From assembly GCF_036365525.1 (NCBI RefSeq), contig NC_090374.1, forward strand, positions 14,673,168-14,737,167: a stretch of DNA of 64,000 nucleotides, in the 5' to 3' direction. This document shows, in pieces, positions 37,689-50,802 of this stretch. Positions within the stretch are counted from its first letter, which is position 1; every line of letters begins with the position of its first letter. Source of the DNA: Heterodontus francisci (taxonomy: Eukaryota). A program made the position numbers and the translations under genes. The notes below the pieces were generated by a model that ran no database searches, was not told the origin of the DNA, and saw only the letters and a program-made list of their open reading frames with translations.

Positions 37689-37788
37689 CTGGATTTGTCC
37701 CTCCATAAAATAATCCACATCACTAAAAGGGCGAGGAGTTTCACTCCAAGTGGAATGCACAATATCGCAATGGGGAAAGTCTCTGCAG
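37689..37788 (-). CDS. SIGLEC15-like: Transmembrane exon of the Siglec-15-like receptor: (A)AETFPIAILCIPLGVKLLALLVMWIILWRDKS
   Basis: 100-nt exon, acceptor ttttctctcccttcctgttcag, donor AG|gtatgt; phase 1 matches the V2 donor; hydrophobic helix with central Lys (LGVKLL, compare Siglec-15 LGFKAL). Confidence 0.88.
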
Positions 37789-37892
37789 CTGAACAGGAAG
37801 GGAGAGAAAACAAATCAGAGACAAGCAAAGGTGAGAGACCAACAACGCAGAGACAATTAATCCAAGTTTGTAAACAAGCAGGGCAGAAATAT

Positions 37893-38877
37893 TGTTGTCT
37901 TTCTTCTTTTGGGCCTCCTTATCTCGAGAGACAATGGATACGCGCCTGGAGGTGGTCAGTGGTTTGTGAAGCAGCGCCTGGAGTGGCTATAAAGGCCAAT
38001 TCTGGAGTGACAGGCTCTTCCACAGGTGCTGCAGAGAAATTTGTTTGTTGGGGCTGTTGCACAGTTGGCTCTCCCCTTGCGCCTCTGTCTTTTTTCCTGC
38101 CAACTACTAAGTCTCTTCGACTCGCCACAATTTAGCCCTGTCTTTATGGCTGCCCGCCAGCTCTGGCGAATGCTGGCAACTGACTCCCACGACTTGTGAT
38201 CAATGTCACACGATTTCATGTCGCGTTTGCAGACGTCTTTATAACGGAGACATGGACGGCCGGTGGGTCTGATACCAGTGGCGAGCTCGCTGTACAATGT
38301 GTCTTTGGGGATCCTGCCATCTTCCATGCGGCTCACATGGCCAAGCCATCTCAAGCGCCGCTGACTCAGTAGTGTGTATAAGCTGGGGGTGTTGGCCGCT
38401 TCAAGGACTTCTGTGTTGGAGATATAGTCCTGCCACCTGATGCCAAGTATTCTCCGAAGGCAGCGAAGATGGAATGAATTGAGACGTCGCTCTTGGCTGG
38501 CATACGTTGTCCAGGCCTCGCTGCCGTAGAGCAAGGTACTGAGGACACAGGCCTGATACACTCGGACTTTTGTGTTCCGTGTCAGTGCGCCATTTTCCCA
38601 CACTCTCTTGGCCAGTCTGAACATAGCAGTGGAAGCCTTACCCATGCGCTTGTTGATTTCTGCATCTAGAGACAGGTTACTGGTGATAGTTGAGCCTAGG
38701 TAGGTGAACTCTTGAACCACTTCCAGAGCATGGTCGCCAATATTGATGGATGGAGCATTTCTGACATCCTGCCCCATGATGTTCGTTTTCTTGAGGCTGA
38801 TGGTTAGGCCAAATTCATTGCAGGCAGACGCAAACCTGTCGATGAGACTCTGCAGGCATTCTTCAGTGTGAGATGGT
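37893..38877 (-). mobile_element. 5'-truncated young RTE-clade LINE with uninterrupted C-terminal ORF
   Basis: 273-aa ORF 37956..38777: FTYLGS, LLYGSEAW, RLRWLGHV, GRPCLRYKD, CSTCGRACHSRIGLYSH. Confidence 0.93.
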
Positions 38878-39065
38878 GCTGAATCAGACCAAGTGTATGG
38901 ACTGTGAATGGAGAGGATGAATAATAGTGTCGAACAGCGACAAGGCTTAATACTGTAGTATTTACAGCATCTAGGTTAGTCCTGTCATATTTACAGTGAA
39001 AAGGGTTAATACTGTAGTATATCCCCATCATGACTAAATATTGCAATGGTCAAAGTGACATGGGT

Positions 39066-40095
39066 ACACAAGAACACAAGAAATAGGAGCATAAGTAGAC
39101 CATATGGCCCATCGAGCCCGCTCCACCATTCGATACGATCATGGCTGATCTTGGGCTTCAATTCCACTTTCCTGACCACTCCCCATATCCCTTGATTCCC
39201 TGTGAGACCAAAAATCTATCTATCCCAGTCTTAAATGTTTTCGACGCTGGAACATCCACAACCCTCTGGGATAGAGAATTCCAAAGATTCACAACCCTTT
39301 GAGTGAAGTAATTTCTCCTCATCTCAGTCCTGAATGTTCGTCCCCATATCATGAGACTGTGTCCCCGTGTTCTAGATTCCTCAGCCAGCAGAAAACATCT
39401 CTTAGCTTCTACCCTATCAAGCCCTTTCAGAATCTTTTATGTCTCAATTAGATCGCCTCTTGGAACTAAACTCCGGAGAATATAGGCTCAATTTGCTCAG
39501 CCTCTCATCATAGGACAACGCTCCTCATCCCAGAGACCAATTTAGTAAATCTTCACTGCACTGCCTCCAGTGCAAGTATATCCTTTCTTAAATGTGAAGA
39601 CCAAAGCTGCACACAGTATTACAGGTGCGGTCTCACCAGAGCCCTGTACAATTTTAGTAAGATTTCTTTATTCCTGTACTCCAATCCCCTTGCAAGAAAG
39701 GCCAACATTCCATTTGCCTTCCTAATAGCCTGCTGCACCTGCATGTTAACTTGTGCATTCTTTGTACGAGTACCCCCAAGTCCCCTCTGAACATCAACAC
39801 TTAGCAGTTTCACATCTTTTAAAAAATATTTTGCTTTTCTATTTTTACAACCAAAGTGAATAACTTCACATTTCCCTGCATTATTCTCCATTTGCCATCT
39901 TGTTGCCCACTCACTTAACCTATATCTCTTTGCAGCCTCTATGTCCTCCCTGCATCTTACCTTTCCACCGAGCTTTGTATCATAAGAAAACTTAGATACA
40001 TTACTCTCTGTCCCTTCATCCAAGTCATTAATATAGAGTGTAAATAGCTGAGGCCCCAGCACTGATCTTCCAACATGAAAATGCCCCATTTATGC
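39066..40095 (-). mobile_element. Degenerate CR1 3' fragment
   Basis: ORFs 39619..40089 and 39158..39352; CR1 3' end near 39070. Confidence 0.85.
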
Positions 40096-40354
40096 TCAAA
40101 TTCTGTAGTACTTACAGTAAAATGGGTGAGTTGTGTAATATTGAGTGTTAGGGGTAAATCATGTCATAGACTCACAGAGTCATTATGGCACAGAGGGAGG
40201 CCAGTCAGCCCTTGGAGTCCATGTAGTACACATGCTGACAGGGGTGAATGCTACATTAATGTTAGGGGGTAAATACTATTGTAATCACAATGCTCGGGGT
40301 AAATCTATAGCACCCATGGTAGCCAGGGTAAATACCTCAATGTCTGCACAGACA

Positions 40355-42020
40355 TGATGATGGGGCTAAAAGAGTTAATTTATGAGGAAAGGTTACATCG
40401 ACTAAGCTTATATACTCTTGCATATTGAAGATGAAGGGGTGATCTGGTTGAGGTGTTTAAGATAATTAAAAGCAGTTGATAGGGTAAATAGAGAGAAACT
40501 ATTTCCTCTGGTGGGAGAGTCCAGAACAAGGGGCCATAACCTTCAAATAAGAGCTAGGCTGTTTGGGGTGATGTCAGGAAGGACTTCTTCACACAAAGGA
40601 TAATGGCATCTGAACCTCTTCCTGGAAAAGCTGTTGAGGCTGGGAATCAATTGAAAACTTCAACACTGAGATTGATAGATTTTTGTTACACAAGGATAAG
40701 AAGGATTATTGGTAAATGGAGTTAAGATGCAGGACAGTCATGTTCTAATTGAATGGCAGGACTTTTTAAAAAAGTAAAGTAACTGTTGTAATGCAGCATA
40801 CATGGAAGCCAAATTGCACACAGCATGATCCCATATACAGCCATTCAAGAATGACCAGATAGTGTGTGTTAGTGGCGTTGGTTCAGAGATAAATATTGGC
40901 CAGGACACTGGGGACAACTCCCATACTCTTCTTCAAAATAGTGTCAGGGGATCATTGACATCCATCTGAGTGGGCAGATGGGACCCCGTTTCATATCTCT
41001 TCTGAAAGATACCACATCCTAAATTGCAGCACTCCCTCAGTTTTCACTGGAGAGTCAGTTTAGATGTTGTGCTCCAGTCTCTGGAGTGGGACCTGAACCT
41101 TTAACCGTCTGATTCAGAAGCAAAAGTGAAATCCACTGAGCTGCTTCTGTTGTACTGCCCACTCTTGCTGTACAACTTCTATACACAGGAGAATATTTTT
41201 TATTCATTCATGGGATGTGGGTGTCACTAGCTAGTCGAGCATTTATTGCACATCCCTAATTACCCTTGAGAAGGTGGTGGTGAGCTGCCTTCTTGAACTG
41301 CTGCAGCCCATGTGGGGTAGGTACACCCACAGTGCTGTTAGGAAAGGAGTTCCAGGATTTTGACCCAGCGACAGTGAAGGAACGGTGATATAGTTCCAAG
41401 TCAGGATAGTGTATGACTTGGAGGGGAACTTGCAGGTGGTGGTGTTCCCATGCATTTGCTGCCCTTGTCCTTCTAGCTGGTAGAGGTTACAGGTTTGGAA
41501 GGTGCTGTCGAAGGTGAGTTGCTGCAGTGCATCTTGTAGATGGTACACACTGCTGCCACTGTGCGTCGATGGTGAAGGGAGTGAATGTTGAAGGTGGTGG
41601 ATGGGGTGCCAATCAAGGAGGCCACATAATCCTGGTTCCAGAAACAAGGCCTTTAAATGGAGTTAAGATGCAGGTCTGCCAGGAGTTAATTGAATGACAG
41701 AACTTTGTTTTTGAAGTGTAGTCACTGTTTTAATGCAGGATACACAGCAGCCAATTTGCACACATTAAGATCCCATAAACAGCAATGAGATAATTATCAG
41801 ACTATGTTTCGGTGTTGTTGGTTCTGAGGTAAATATTGGCCAGGAAATTGGGGGCAACTCCCATACTCTTCCTGAGAGGGCAGTGAGGACCTCGTTTTAA
41901 TATCTCTTCTTAAACACAGCACCTGGAACAGTGCAGCACTCCCTCAGTATTGCATTGAGGTGTCTTGAACCCACAACCTTCTGACTTAGAGGTGAGAGTG
42001 CTAACCACTGAGCCACAGCT
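40355..42020. mobile_element. Mixed old repeats: CR1 3' end (+, 40355-40760), Deu-SINEs (-, ~40770-41140 and ~41700-42020), family B tail (-, 41197-41620)
   Basis: Family-diagnostic motifs shared with other copies in the window. Confidence 0.7.
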
Positions 42021-42098
42021 GATGAGTGTTGTCTGTTACACCACCCACCCTCACTGTGCAACATCTATACACTGGAGAATGTGGGAATGGTTTCTTAC

Positions 42099-42449
42099 CA
42101 TGTACAACCTGCAGCTGTGTCTCAGTCTGGATCAGATGTTGATAATTGTCCAATGATGTGTATTCCACCAGACACAGGTAAGTGTGATTGTCATTCACAC
42201 TCAGCTGGTTTATCCTGGTTGAGGCGTTTCCCTCCTGTGGATTCCCGATGAGTTCGTACCGATTTCCACCATTTGCAGTTGTCCAAGATCCATTTGATTG
42301 GGCTCTGAATGTGACTATGTGTTGGTAGGGCTCCTTCCTCATCCATGTAACAGTGGACAGGGTGCGGTAACTCCTGGGTGTGAACATACAGGGCAATGTA
42401 ACTGAAGCTCCCTCGGTCCCAGTCACCACTGAGACATTTCCATGGGCAG
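42099..42449 (-). CDS. SIGLEC15-like: Second Ig V-set exon of the Siglec-15-like receptor
   Basis: 351-nt phase 1-1 exon (tgtcctttcctcag| ... CAT G|gtaag); EGASVTLPC..VTW..RYELIGNPQEGNAS..DNHTYLCLVEY..TQLQV. Confidence 0.93.
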
Positions 42450-43269
42450 CTGAGGAAAGGACAGACATCAGAATGGATCAGTGTCTTGATGAGAACTTTA
42501 ACTTATTTCAGTTCTGAGCTCTCCCTGTGGTCCAGTAGGTAGAGGCATTGCCCAGTGTAGTACTCAGCCAGTGGAGATCCCAGGGATTGTGGGCTCAGGA
42601 GGCCGGGTAGCAGAACAGATTGAAAGATGGTGACAAAACAGGAAACAGAGGGTAAGAGGTCAGGGACGTTTCTCAGACTAGCAGAAAGTGGGAAGTGGTT
42701 TGACTTGTACTGAATGGTTTTATTAATACAACCCAATGCCCTGTTTGTTTTGTCAATGGCTTCACTGCATTGGTTGTGAATTTTGAGTGATGTGTGTACA
42801 TTAACAGTCTCGATCCTTTTCTCTCTCAGCCACTTTCTGTATTATTCCCTGTAAATGTTCAGTGAATTCCGTGTTGATCCTACCTACCCGCATCACACTG
42901 CATTTGTCTCGGTTAAATATCATTTCCCATTGGTCCCAGAAATGCCCAGACGATTCAATCGATTTGAGGGGCAACATCGGGGGAAGGTTAAGGTGCGGCT
43001 AATGGCACCTCAGCCAGTGCAGCACTCCCTCGGTACTGCCCTGAAGTGTGAGCTGAGCAGCAATGACCCAATTGACAGCGTCTCCCTGTGATCCACCCGC
43101 CAATTCTCCACTGAAATCATTTCAATGTATGAAGCGGTGGAACAGGTCCAGTCAGCTTTGGGCTGGACACTGCAGGCCTACAGCACTGAGACTGTGAGAT
43201 GGACGTAGCTGGTTCTAATAACATGGGAACATATATATCACATTGAAAGATGATTGAGCTTCAATAGGA

Positions 43270-43900
43270 CAGTTTAGGAATCTGAGAACAAAGAGGTCAG
43301 AATGAGAGTGGGATAGAGAAGTAACATGGCAGGAGATGGGAAGCTCTGGGTTACTCTTGTGCATTGAATTGAGGTTTCCAAAAATCAACAGTGTTTGGTT
43401 TCCCCATTGTGGAGGAGACCACATTGTGAGCAGTGAATACGGTATATTAAGTTGGAAGAAGTACAAGTAAATTGATGATTCACTTGAAAGGAACATTTGG
43501 GGTCCTGGACAGTGGGAAGGGAGGAGGTGACATGGCAAGTTTTGCACGGAAAAAGGATGTTGGGGTGATGAAGAGTGTTTCATCATGTAGCAGACAGAAT
43601 GGTCACTTTGGAATGCCAGAATGGGAGGAGAAGATGTGTTTGACAATGGAGGTGGTGGAAATGGCAGAGGGTGAACCGTTGAATGTGAAGGCTGCTGCAG
43701 TGGGACAAAGGGGGAGCCCAGTCATGGGATGGGAAGCGGTGAGGACGTAAGTGTGGGAAATCGGATGAACACAGTTGATACCCCTGCCAACTACTGTGTT
43801 TAAGTTAAAGGAATACAAATCAGAAGCACTGGTGTGGTAGGCGATATCTTCAGAACAGATGTGATGGATACAGTGAAATTGGGAGACAATTGCAGATCTG
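43270..43900 (-). mobile_element. Old Penelope-like remnant
   Basis: Colinear homology to the GIY-YIG region at 46850-47240. Confidence 0.7.
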
Positions 43901-44385
43901 TGCACCCAACCAAGTGATCTGTTGGGAAGATCTTCAAAAGCTGGAGGAAAGGATTCAAAGGATAAAGTGTCTGGACTAACGTTCATGGTCACATGATACA
44001 AAAATGATGAAGTTGATTATTCATAGTTTTCATTCTCAATTAATCAGTCAATTTGTTAATTAATCAACAGACCCAGACATGAAGTGAGGAAAATCCCCAG
44101 TGGTGGAGAGTACTGGGAACTATAGACCCAAAGTCACCTGTTTCTTCCAAGCCACCCTGCACTCACTGCAGGAGTTTCCACTTTGGCACAATGGACAAGC
44201 TGGGTGCAAATTACGCTCAAAATTACATGAGTTTCAGCATTGATATTTTTGCTCAATTTTCTGCTCACACTCAGATACATATCACCAAACATAAAATATA
44301 CCATAAAGCAGAGCAAACAGGCAGCGTTTGAATTTTAGTTTTTTATAAAAAAAGTTTTGCATTAAAATTATTCCTTGATATATTT

Positions 44386-47300
44386 AACATAGAAACATAG
44401 AAAAATAGGAGGAGTAGGCCATTCGGCCCTTCGACCCTACTCCGCCATTCAATACGATCATGGCTGATCATCCAAACTCAGTACCCTATTCCCACTTTTT
44501 CCCCGTATCCCTTGCTCCCTTTACACCTAAGAACTATATCTAACTCTTTCTTGAATATATTTAGTGATTTGGCCTCTACTGCTTTCTGTAGTAGAGGATT
44601 CCACAGGTTCACCACTCTCTGGGTGAAGAAATCCCTCCTCATCTCAGTCCTAAATGACTTACCCCTTATCCTTAGACTGTGACCCCTGGTCCTGGACTCC
44701 CCCGCCATCGGGAACATCCTTCCTGCATCTAGTCTGTCCAGTCCTGTTAGAATTTTGTAGGTTTCTATGAGATCCCTTCTCATTCTTCTAAACTCTAGCG
44801 AATACAAGCCTAATCGACCCAATCTCTCTTCAGACGTCTGTTCTGCCATCCCAGGAATCAGCCTGGTGAACCTTCACTGCACTCCCTCCATAGCAAGAAC
44901 ATCCTTCCTCAGATAAGGAGACCAAAACTGCACACAATACTCAAGGTGTGGTATCATCAAAGTGGATAACCTCATATTTATCCACATTATACTGCATCTG
45001 TCATGTATTTGCCCACTCATTCAACCTGTCAAAATCACACTGGAGCTTCTCTGCATCCTCCTCACAGCTCACTCTCCCCCACAGCTTTGTGTCATCTGCA
45101 AACTTGGATATATTACATTTAATTCCCTCATCTATATCATTAATATATATTGTGAATAGCTGGGGTCCTCACACTGGTCCCTGTGGTACCCCACTAGTCA
45201 CTGCCTGTCACTCGGAAAAAGACCCGTTTATTCCTACTTTTTGTTTCCTTTCTGCCAGCCAGTTCTCTATCCATGTCAGTACCTTAACTCCAATCCCATG
45301 CGCTTTAATTTTGCATGCTAATCTCTTATGTGGGACCTTATTGAAAGCCTTCTGAAAGTCCAAATACACCACACCCACTGGTTTTCCCTTATCTATTCTA
45401 CTGGTTACATCCTCAAAAAATTCCAGTAGATTTGTTGAGCATGATTTCCCTTTCGTAAATCCATGCTGACTTTGTCCGATCCTGTCACTGTTTTCCAAGT
45501 GCTCGATTATTACATCTTTTATAATGGACTATAGCATTTTTCCCATGACTGATGTCAGGCTAACTGGTCTATAATTCCCTGTTTTCTCTCTACCTCCTTT
45601 TTTAAACAGTGGGGTTACATTAGCTACCCTCCAATCCATTGGAACTGTTCCAGAGTCTATAGAATTTTGAAAAATGATCAGCAATGCATCTACTATTTCA
45701 AGGGCCACTTCCTCAAGTACTCTGGGATGTAGATTATCAGGCCCTGGGGATTTATCAGCCTTCAATCCTGTCAATTTCCCTCACACCATTTCCCTACTAA
45801 TATTGATTTCATACAGTTCCTCCTTCTCACTAGACCCTATGTTCCCTAACATTTCTGGGAGGTAATTTGTGTCCTCCTTTGTGAAGACAGAACCAAAGTA
45901 TGTATTTAATTGGTCTGCCATTTCTTTGTTCCCCATTATAAAATTCCCCCGTTTCTGACTGCAAGGAACCAACATTTGTCTTCACTAATCTTTTTCTCTT
46001 CACATATCTATAGAAGCTTTTACAGTCAGTTTTTACGTTCTCAGCAAGCTTACTCTCATACTCTATTTTCCTTTTCTTAATCAATCCCTTTGTCCTCCTT
46101 TGCTGAATTCTAAACTGCTCCCAATCCTCAGGTTTGCTGCTTGTTCTGGCCATTTTATATTTCTCCTCCTTGGATCTAATACTATCCCTAATTTCTTTTG
46201 TAAGCCACAGTTGAGTCACCCTTCCTGTTTTATTTTTGCGCCAGACAGGAATGAACAATTAAAACAAGAAATGCTGGAAATACTCAGGTCTGGCAGCAGG
46301 TCTGGAAAGAGAAGCAGAGTTAATGTTTCAGGTCAGTGACCCTTCTTCAGAATTGGCAGATATTAGAAATGTGAAAGGTTTTAAGCAAGTAAAGCGGGGT
46401 GGGGCAAGAGATAACAAAGGAGAAGGTGTAGATAGGACAAGGTCACCGAGAATAACCGACCAGAAGGTCATGGAGCAAAGGCAAACAATTTGTTAATGGT
46501 GTGTTGAAAGACAAAGCATTAGTACAGATAGGGTGTTAATGGACTGAAAACTGAACAGCCACAAGCACAACATGAAAAAAAACAGTGGGTAAGCAAACTG
46601 AACAAACTAAGATAAAATAAAATAAACACAAAAAAAGATTTAAAAAAAGAAGAAAAAATAACTAAAAATGAAAGTAAAATGGGGGGCCCGTCATGCTCTG
46701 AAATTATTGAACCGAAGGTTCAGTCCGGCAGGCTGCAGTGTGCCTAATTGGTAAATGAGGTGCTGTTCCTCGAGCTTGGGTTGCGGTTCACTGGAACATT
46801 GCAGCAATCCCAGGACAGAGATGAGAGCAGGGGGGAGTGTTGAAATGGCAAGCAACTGGAAGCTCGGGGTCATGCTTTTGGACTGAGCGGAGGTGTTCCG
46901 CAAAGCGGTCACCCAGTCTGCGTTTGGTCTCCCCAATGTAGAGGAGACCACATTGTGAGCAGCGAATACAGTATACTACATTGAAAGAAGTACAAGTAAA
47001 TCGCTGCTTCACCTGAAAGGAGTGTTTGGGGCCTGGGATAGTGAGGAGAGAGGAGGTAAATGGGCAGGTATTACACCTCCTGTGATTGCAGGGGAAGGTG
47101 CCGTGGGAAGGGGACGAGGTGGTGGGGGTAATGGAGGAGTGGACCAGGGTGTCGCGGAGGGAACGATCCCTTTAGAATGCTGACAGGGGAAGGGAGGGGA
47201 AGATGCGTTTGGTAGTGACATCACGTTAGACGTGGTGGAAATGGCAGAGGAATTAACAATTGTTGTACTTCATCCATGCACTCTTTAAATGCTAACCATT

Positions 47301-47550
47301 GCCTATTGACTGTCAACCCTTTAAGTAACGTTCCCCAATCTATCATAGCCAAATTACACCTCATACCTTCATAGTTTCCTTTATTTAGATTCAAGACCCT
47401 AGTCTTGGAATCAACTCTCTCACTGTCCATCTTAATGAGGAATTCTATCATGTTATGGCTGCTCTTCCCCAAGGGACCCCGCACAACAAGATTATTAACT
47501 AATCCTTTCTCATTACACAATATCCAGTCTGGGATGGCCTGTTCTCTAGT
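44386..47550 (-). mobile_element. Degenerate CR1 ORF2 interrupted by Penelope
   Basis: ORFs 44478..44849, 45208..45498, 45529..45774, 45830..46258, 47221..47520. Confidence 0.88.
46261..47250 (-). mobile_element. 5'-truncated Penelope-like element (GIY-YIG endonuclease)
   Basis: FTCTSFNVVYCIRCSQCGLLYIGETKRRLGDRFAEHL; duplication AACAATT at 46254-46260 / 47255-47261. Confidence 0.92.
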
Positions 47551-48166
47551 TGTGATAACTTGGTGCAGTTTTATTAATATGGCTGAAAATCAGTTTTATC
47601 CGAATAAAATTGCATTGGAGCGCTAAAGTGGGAGTTTTATGACTGAGGGTAATAAGTGTTAGTTTTATCTAAAGTCTAGTCTTTCTTTTATTTAGCAAAT
47701 TAACTTAACAGTTGCTGTTTGGGTTGGAGAAGGTGAGTTTTAGACCAGCTTTAAACAGAGTTCACTCAGGCTCTGCTTGCAGCCGCACCTTGTTAATTAG
47801 ATAACAGGCTTAAACCAGTTTTCAGGGGCGAGAGTCAGTCAGTATAAAAGTGGGCCATCTTACAGTGCTGACTTTGTTTGCACTAGAGTGCTGACTTGGG
47901 TTGCATTAGAGTGCTAAAGTGGGCGTTTTGTGACTGAGGGAGTTTGGTGAGGAGGGAGCGAGGTGCTCCTATCATTTTCTACCTGTCCTCAAAGAGCGTG
48001 AGGGGAGCCGAGAGTCTCCACAGAGCACAGCTGACAGGTGTGTAATTCCTGCTGGGTACTTTTCAAGCTGGATTGAATTGTAAGTCATTGTTTCAGCAAG
48101 ACTTAGTTGATTGATTTTTAAAAATTATAATAGTCTTCTAAAGTTTTAAATTTAAAGGGTATAGTC

Positions 48167-49108
48167 ATGGCAGGACAGCACAAAGCCGTGGTTTGCTCCT
48201 CTTGCTGCATGTGGGAATCCGGGAACATTTCCAGTCCCCGGGACCAGCATGTGTGCAGGAAGTGTGTCCAGCTGCATCTCCTGGAAGCTCGGGTTTCAGA
48301 GCTAGAATGGCAGCTGGAAACACTGTGGAGTGTCTGCGAGATTGAGAGTATCATGGAAAGCACATGGAAAGAGGTGGTCACACCGCAGCTGAAGGGACTT
48401 GAGGAAGGAAGGGAATGGGTGACCACCAGACAGTCCAAGAGAATCAGGCAGGTAGTTCAGGAGTCCCCTGGGGTCCCACTTGCAAATCGGTATTCCATTT
48501 TGGAGGCTGATGAGGCTGGTTCCTCCAGGGAGTGCAGACAGAGCCAAGCTTCTGGCACCACAAGCAGCCAGTCTGCACAGGAAGGGGGAAAGAGAGGAAG
48601 AGCAATAGTAATAGGGGATTCTACAGTCAGGGGAACAGATAGGTGCTACTGTGGCCGTCAGCGTGACTCCAGGATGGTGTGTTGCTTCCCTGGTTCCAGG
48701 GTCCAGGATGTCATTGAACGGCTACAGGGCATCCTGAAGGGGGAGGGTGGTAAGGCAGAGGTCATGGTACATGTTGGTACCAATGACATAGGAAGAAAGA
48801 GGGATGAGGTCTTGCATCAAGAGTTCAGGGAGTTAGGCAGCAGACTAAAAAGCAGGACCTCTCGGGTTGTAATCTCTGGATTATTCCCAGTGCCACGTGC
48901 TAGCGTCTATAGAAATAGGAGAATAGCACAGATGAATGCGTGGCTTAAGAATTGGTGCAGGAGGGAGGGTTTTAGATTCCTGGACCACTCGGACCGTTTC
49001 TGGGGAAGGTGGGACCTGTACAAGCGGGACGGTCTACATCTGAACCAGAGGGGGACTAACATCCTTGCTGGCGGGTTTGCTAGTGCTGTTTGGAGGAGTT
49101 TAAACTAA
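48167..49108 (+). CDS. CR1 ORF1p: zinc finger/leucine zipper + SGNH esterase-like domain
   Basis: CSSCCMW..CRKC..LEARVSELE; IGDS, HVGTND and DGLHL blocks; 313 aa uninterrupted. Confidence 0.9.
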   Translation: MAGQHKAVVCSSCCMWESGNISSPRDQHVCRKCVQLHLLEARVSELEWQLETLWSVCEIESIMESTWKEVVTPQLKGLEEGREWVTTRQSKRIRQVVQESPGVPLANRYSILEADEAGSSRECRQSQASGTTSSQSAQEGGKRGRAIVIGDSTVRGTDRCYCGRQRDSRMVCCFPGSRVQDVIERLQGILKGEGGKAEVMVHVGTNDIGRKRDEVLHQEFRELGSRLKSRTSRVVISGLFPVPRASVYRNRRIAQMNAWLKNWCRREGFRFLDHSDRFWGRWDLYKRDGLHLNQRGTNILAGGFASAVWRSLN

Positions 49109-50452
49109 TTTGGCAGGGGGAGGGGACGCAGACTCCGAGCAGAATAGGGACACAGCTAAACACAGGAAAGCAAACAAGTCAGAGGAATACAATGGAAGTA
49201 TGTTTCTAGGGAGTAAGACCAGGATGGATGGCCTCTACTTTAATGCCAGGAGTATTACAGGTAAAACGGATGAGTTAAGGGCAAGGATTGACACGTGGAA
49301 TTGTGATATAGTAGCCATCACGGAGACATGGTTGAGGGAGGGGCAGGATTGGCAGCTCAATATCCCAGGATATAGAATCTTCAGGTGGGACAGAGGGGGG
49401 GGGGGGTAAAAGAGGAGGGGGCATTGCAATATTAGTTAAGGAGTCAGTTACTGCAGTAAGGAGAGATGATATCTTGGAGGGGGCATCAAATGAAGCTTTA
49501 TGGGTAGAGTTTAGGAATAAAAAAGGGACAGCCACATTGCTAGGTGTTTATTATAGACCCCCAGATAGTCAGCGGGAAATTGAGGAGCAAATATGTGCGC
49601 AATTTGCAGAGGTGTGTAAAAATAATAACAGGGTAATTATATTAGGTGATTTCAACTTTTCCAACATTAATTGGGATAGTCATCATGTTAAGGGCTTAGA
49701 TGGAGTGGAGTTCTTAAAATGTATACTGGAGAACTTTTCCGCTCAATATGTAGAGGATCCAACAAGGGAGGATGCAGTGCTGGACCTAATTCTGGGGAAT
49801 GAAGCTGGACAGGTGGTTGATGTGTTGGTGGGGGCGCATTTTGGTGATAGCGACCACAACATGGTACAATTTAAGCTTGTTATGGAGAAAGAAATAGACA
49901 AGTTGCAAAAAAAGGTTTTGGATTGGAGGAGAGCGAATTTTAGTAAAATAAGGCAGGATCTGGCCAAGGTAGACTGGAAAGAGTTACTTGTCGAGAAATC
50001 TACAGAAGAGCAGTGGGGGGCATTCAAAAAGGAAATGGGGAGGGTACAGGCCCAACATGTTCCCTCCAGGGTAATAGGTAGGAGCAACAAGCCCAGAGAA
50101 CCATGGATGACCAACAACATTCAGGATACGATGAGAAGGAAAAGAGAGGCTTTTAGAAAATACAAGGACAGCAAATTAACAGAAGCATTAGTGGAATACA
50201 GAAAGTGTAGGATGGAGCTTAAGAAAGCAATTAGGAGAGCAAAGAAGGGATATGAGAAAGCTCTGGCTGGTAAAAGTAGGGAAAATCCCAAGATATTCTG
50301 TAAGTATATCAATGGGAAGAGGATAACCAGGGAAAGAGTGGGACCCATTAGGGACCAAGGGGTAAATCTGTGGGTGGAGCCAGAGGACATTGGTCAGGTG
50401 TTGAACGAATACTTCACATCTGTCTTCACCCAAGAGAAAGAGGATGTAGATT

Positions 50453-50802
50453 AGGGCGGCACAGTGGCGCAGTGGTTAGCACCGCCGCCTCACAGCTCCA
50501 GCGACCCGGGTTCAATTCTGGGCACTGCCTGTGTGGAGTTTGCAAGTTCTCCCTGTGTCTGCGTGGGTTTCCTCCGGGTGCTCCGGTTTCCTCCCACAAG
50601 CCAAAAGACTTGCAGGTTGGTAGGTAAATTGGCCATTATAAATTGCCCCTAGTATAGGTAGGTGGTAGGGAAATGTAGGGACAGGTGGGGATGTGGTAGG
50701 AATATGGGATTAGTGTAGGATTAGTATAAATGGGTGGTTGATGGTCGGCACAGACTCGGTGGGCCGAAGGGCCTGTTTCAGTGCTGTATCTCTAAACTAA
50801 AC
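50453..50802 (+). mobile_element. HE1-like V-SINE inserted in CR1 ORF2
   Basis: Near-identical to 31231-31577; host frame EKEDVD|MELRE rejoins. Confidence 0.92.

Noticed and set aside
42450-43260. Hidden C2-set or other coding exon between V1 and V2
   Set aside because: ORFs here lack Ig Cys/Trp spacing and compatible splice sites
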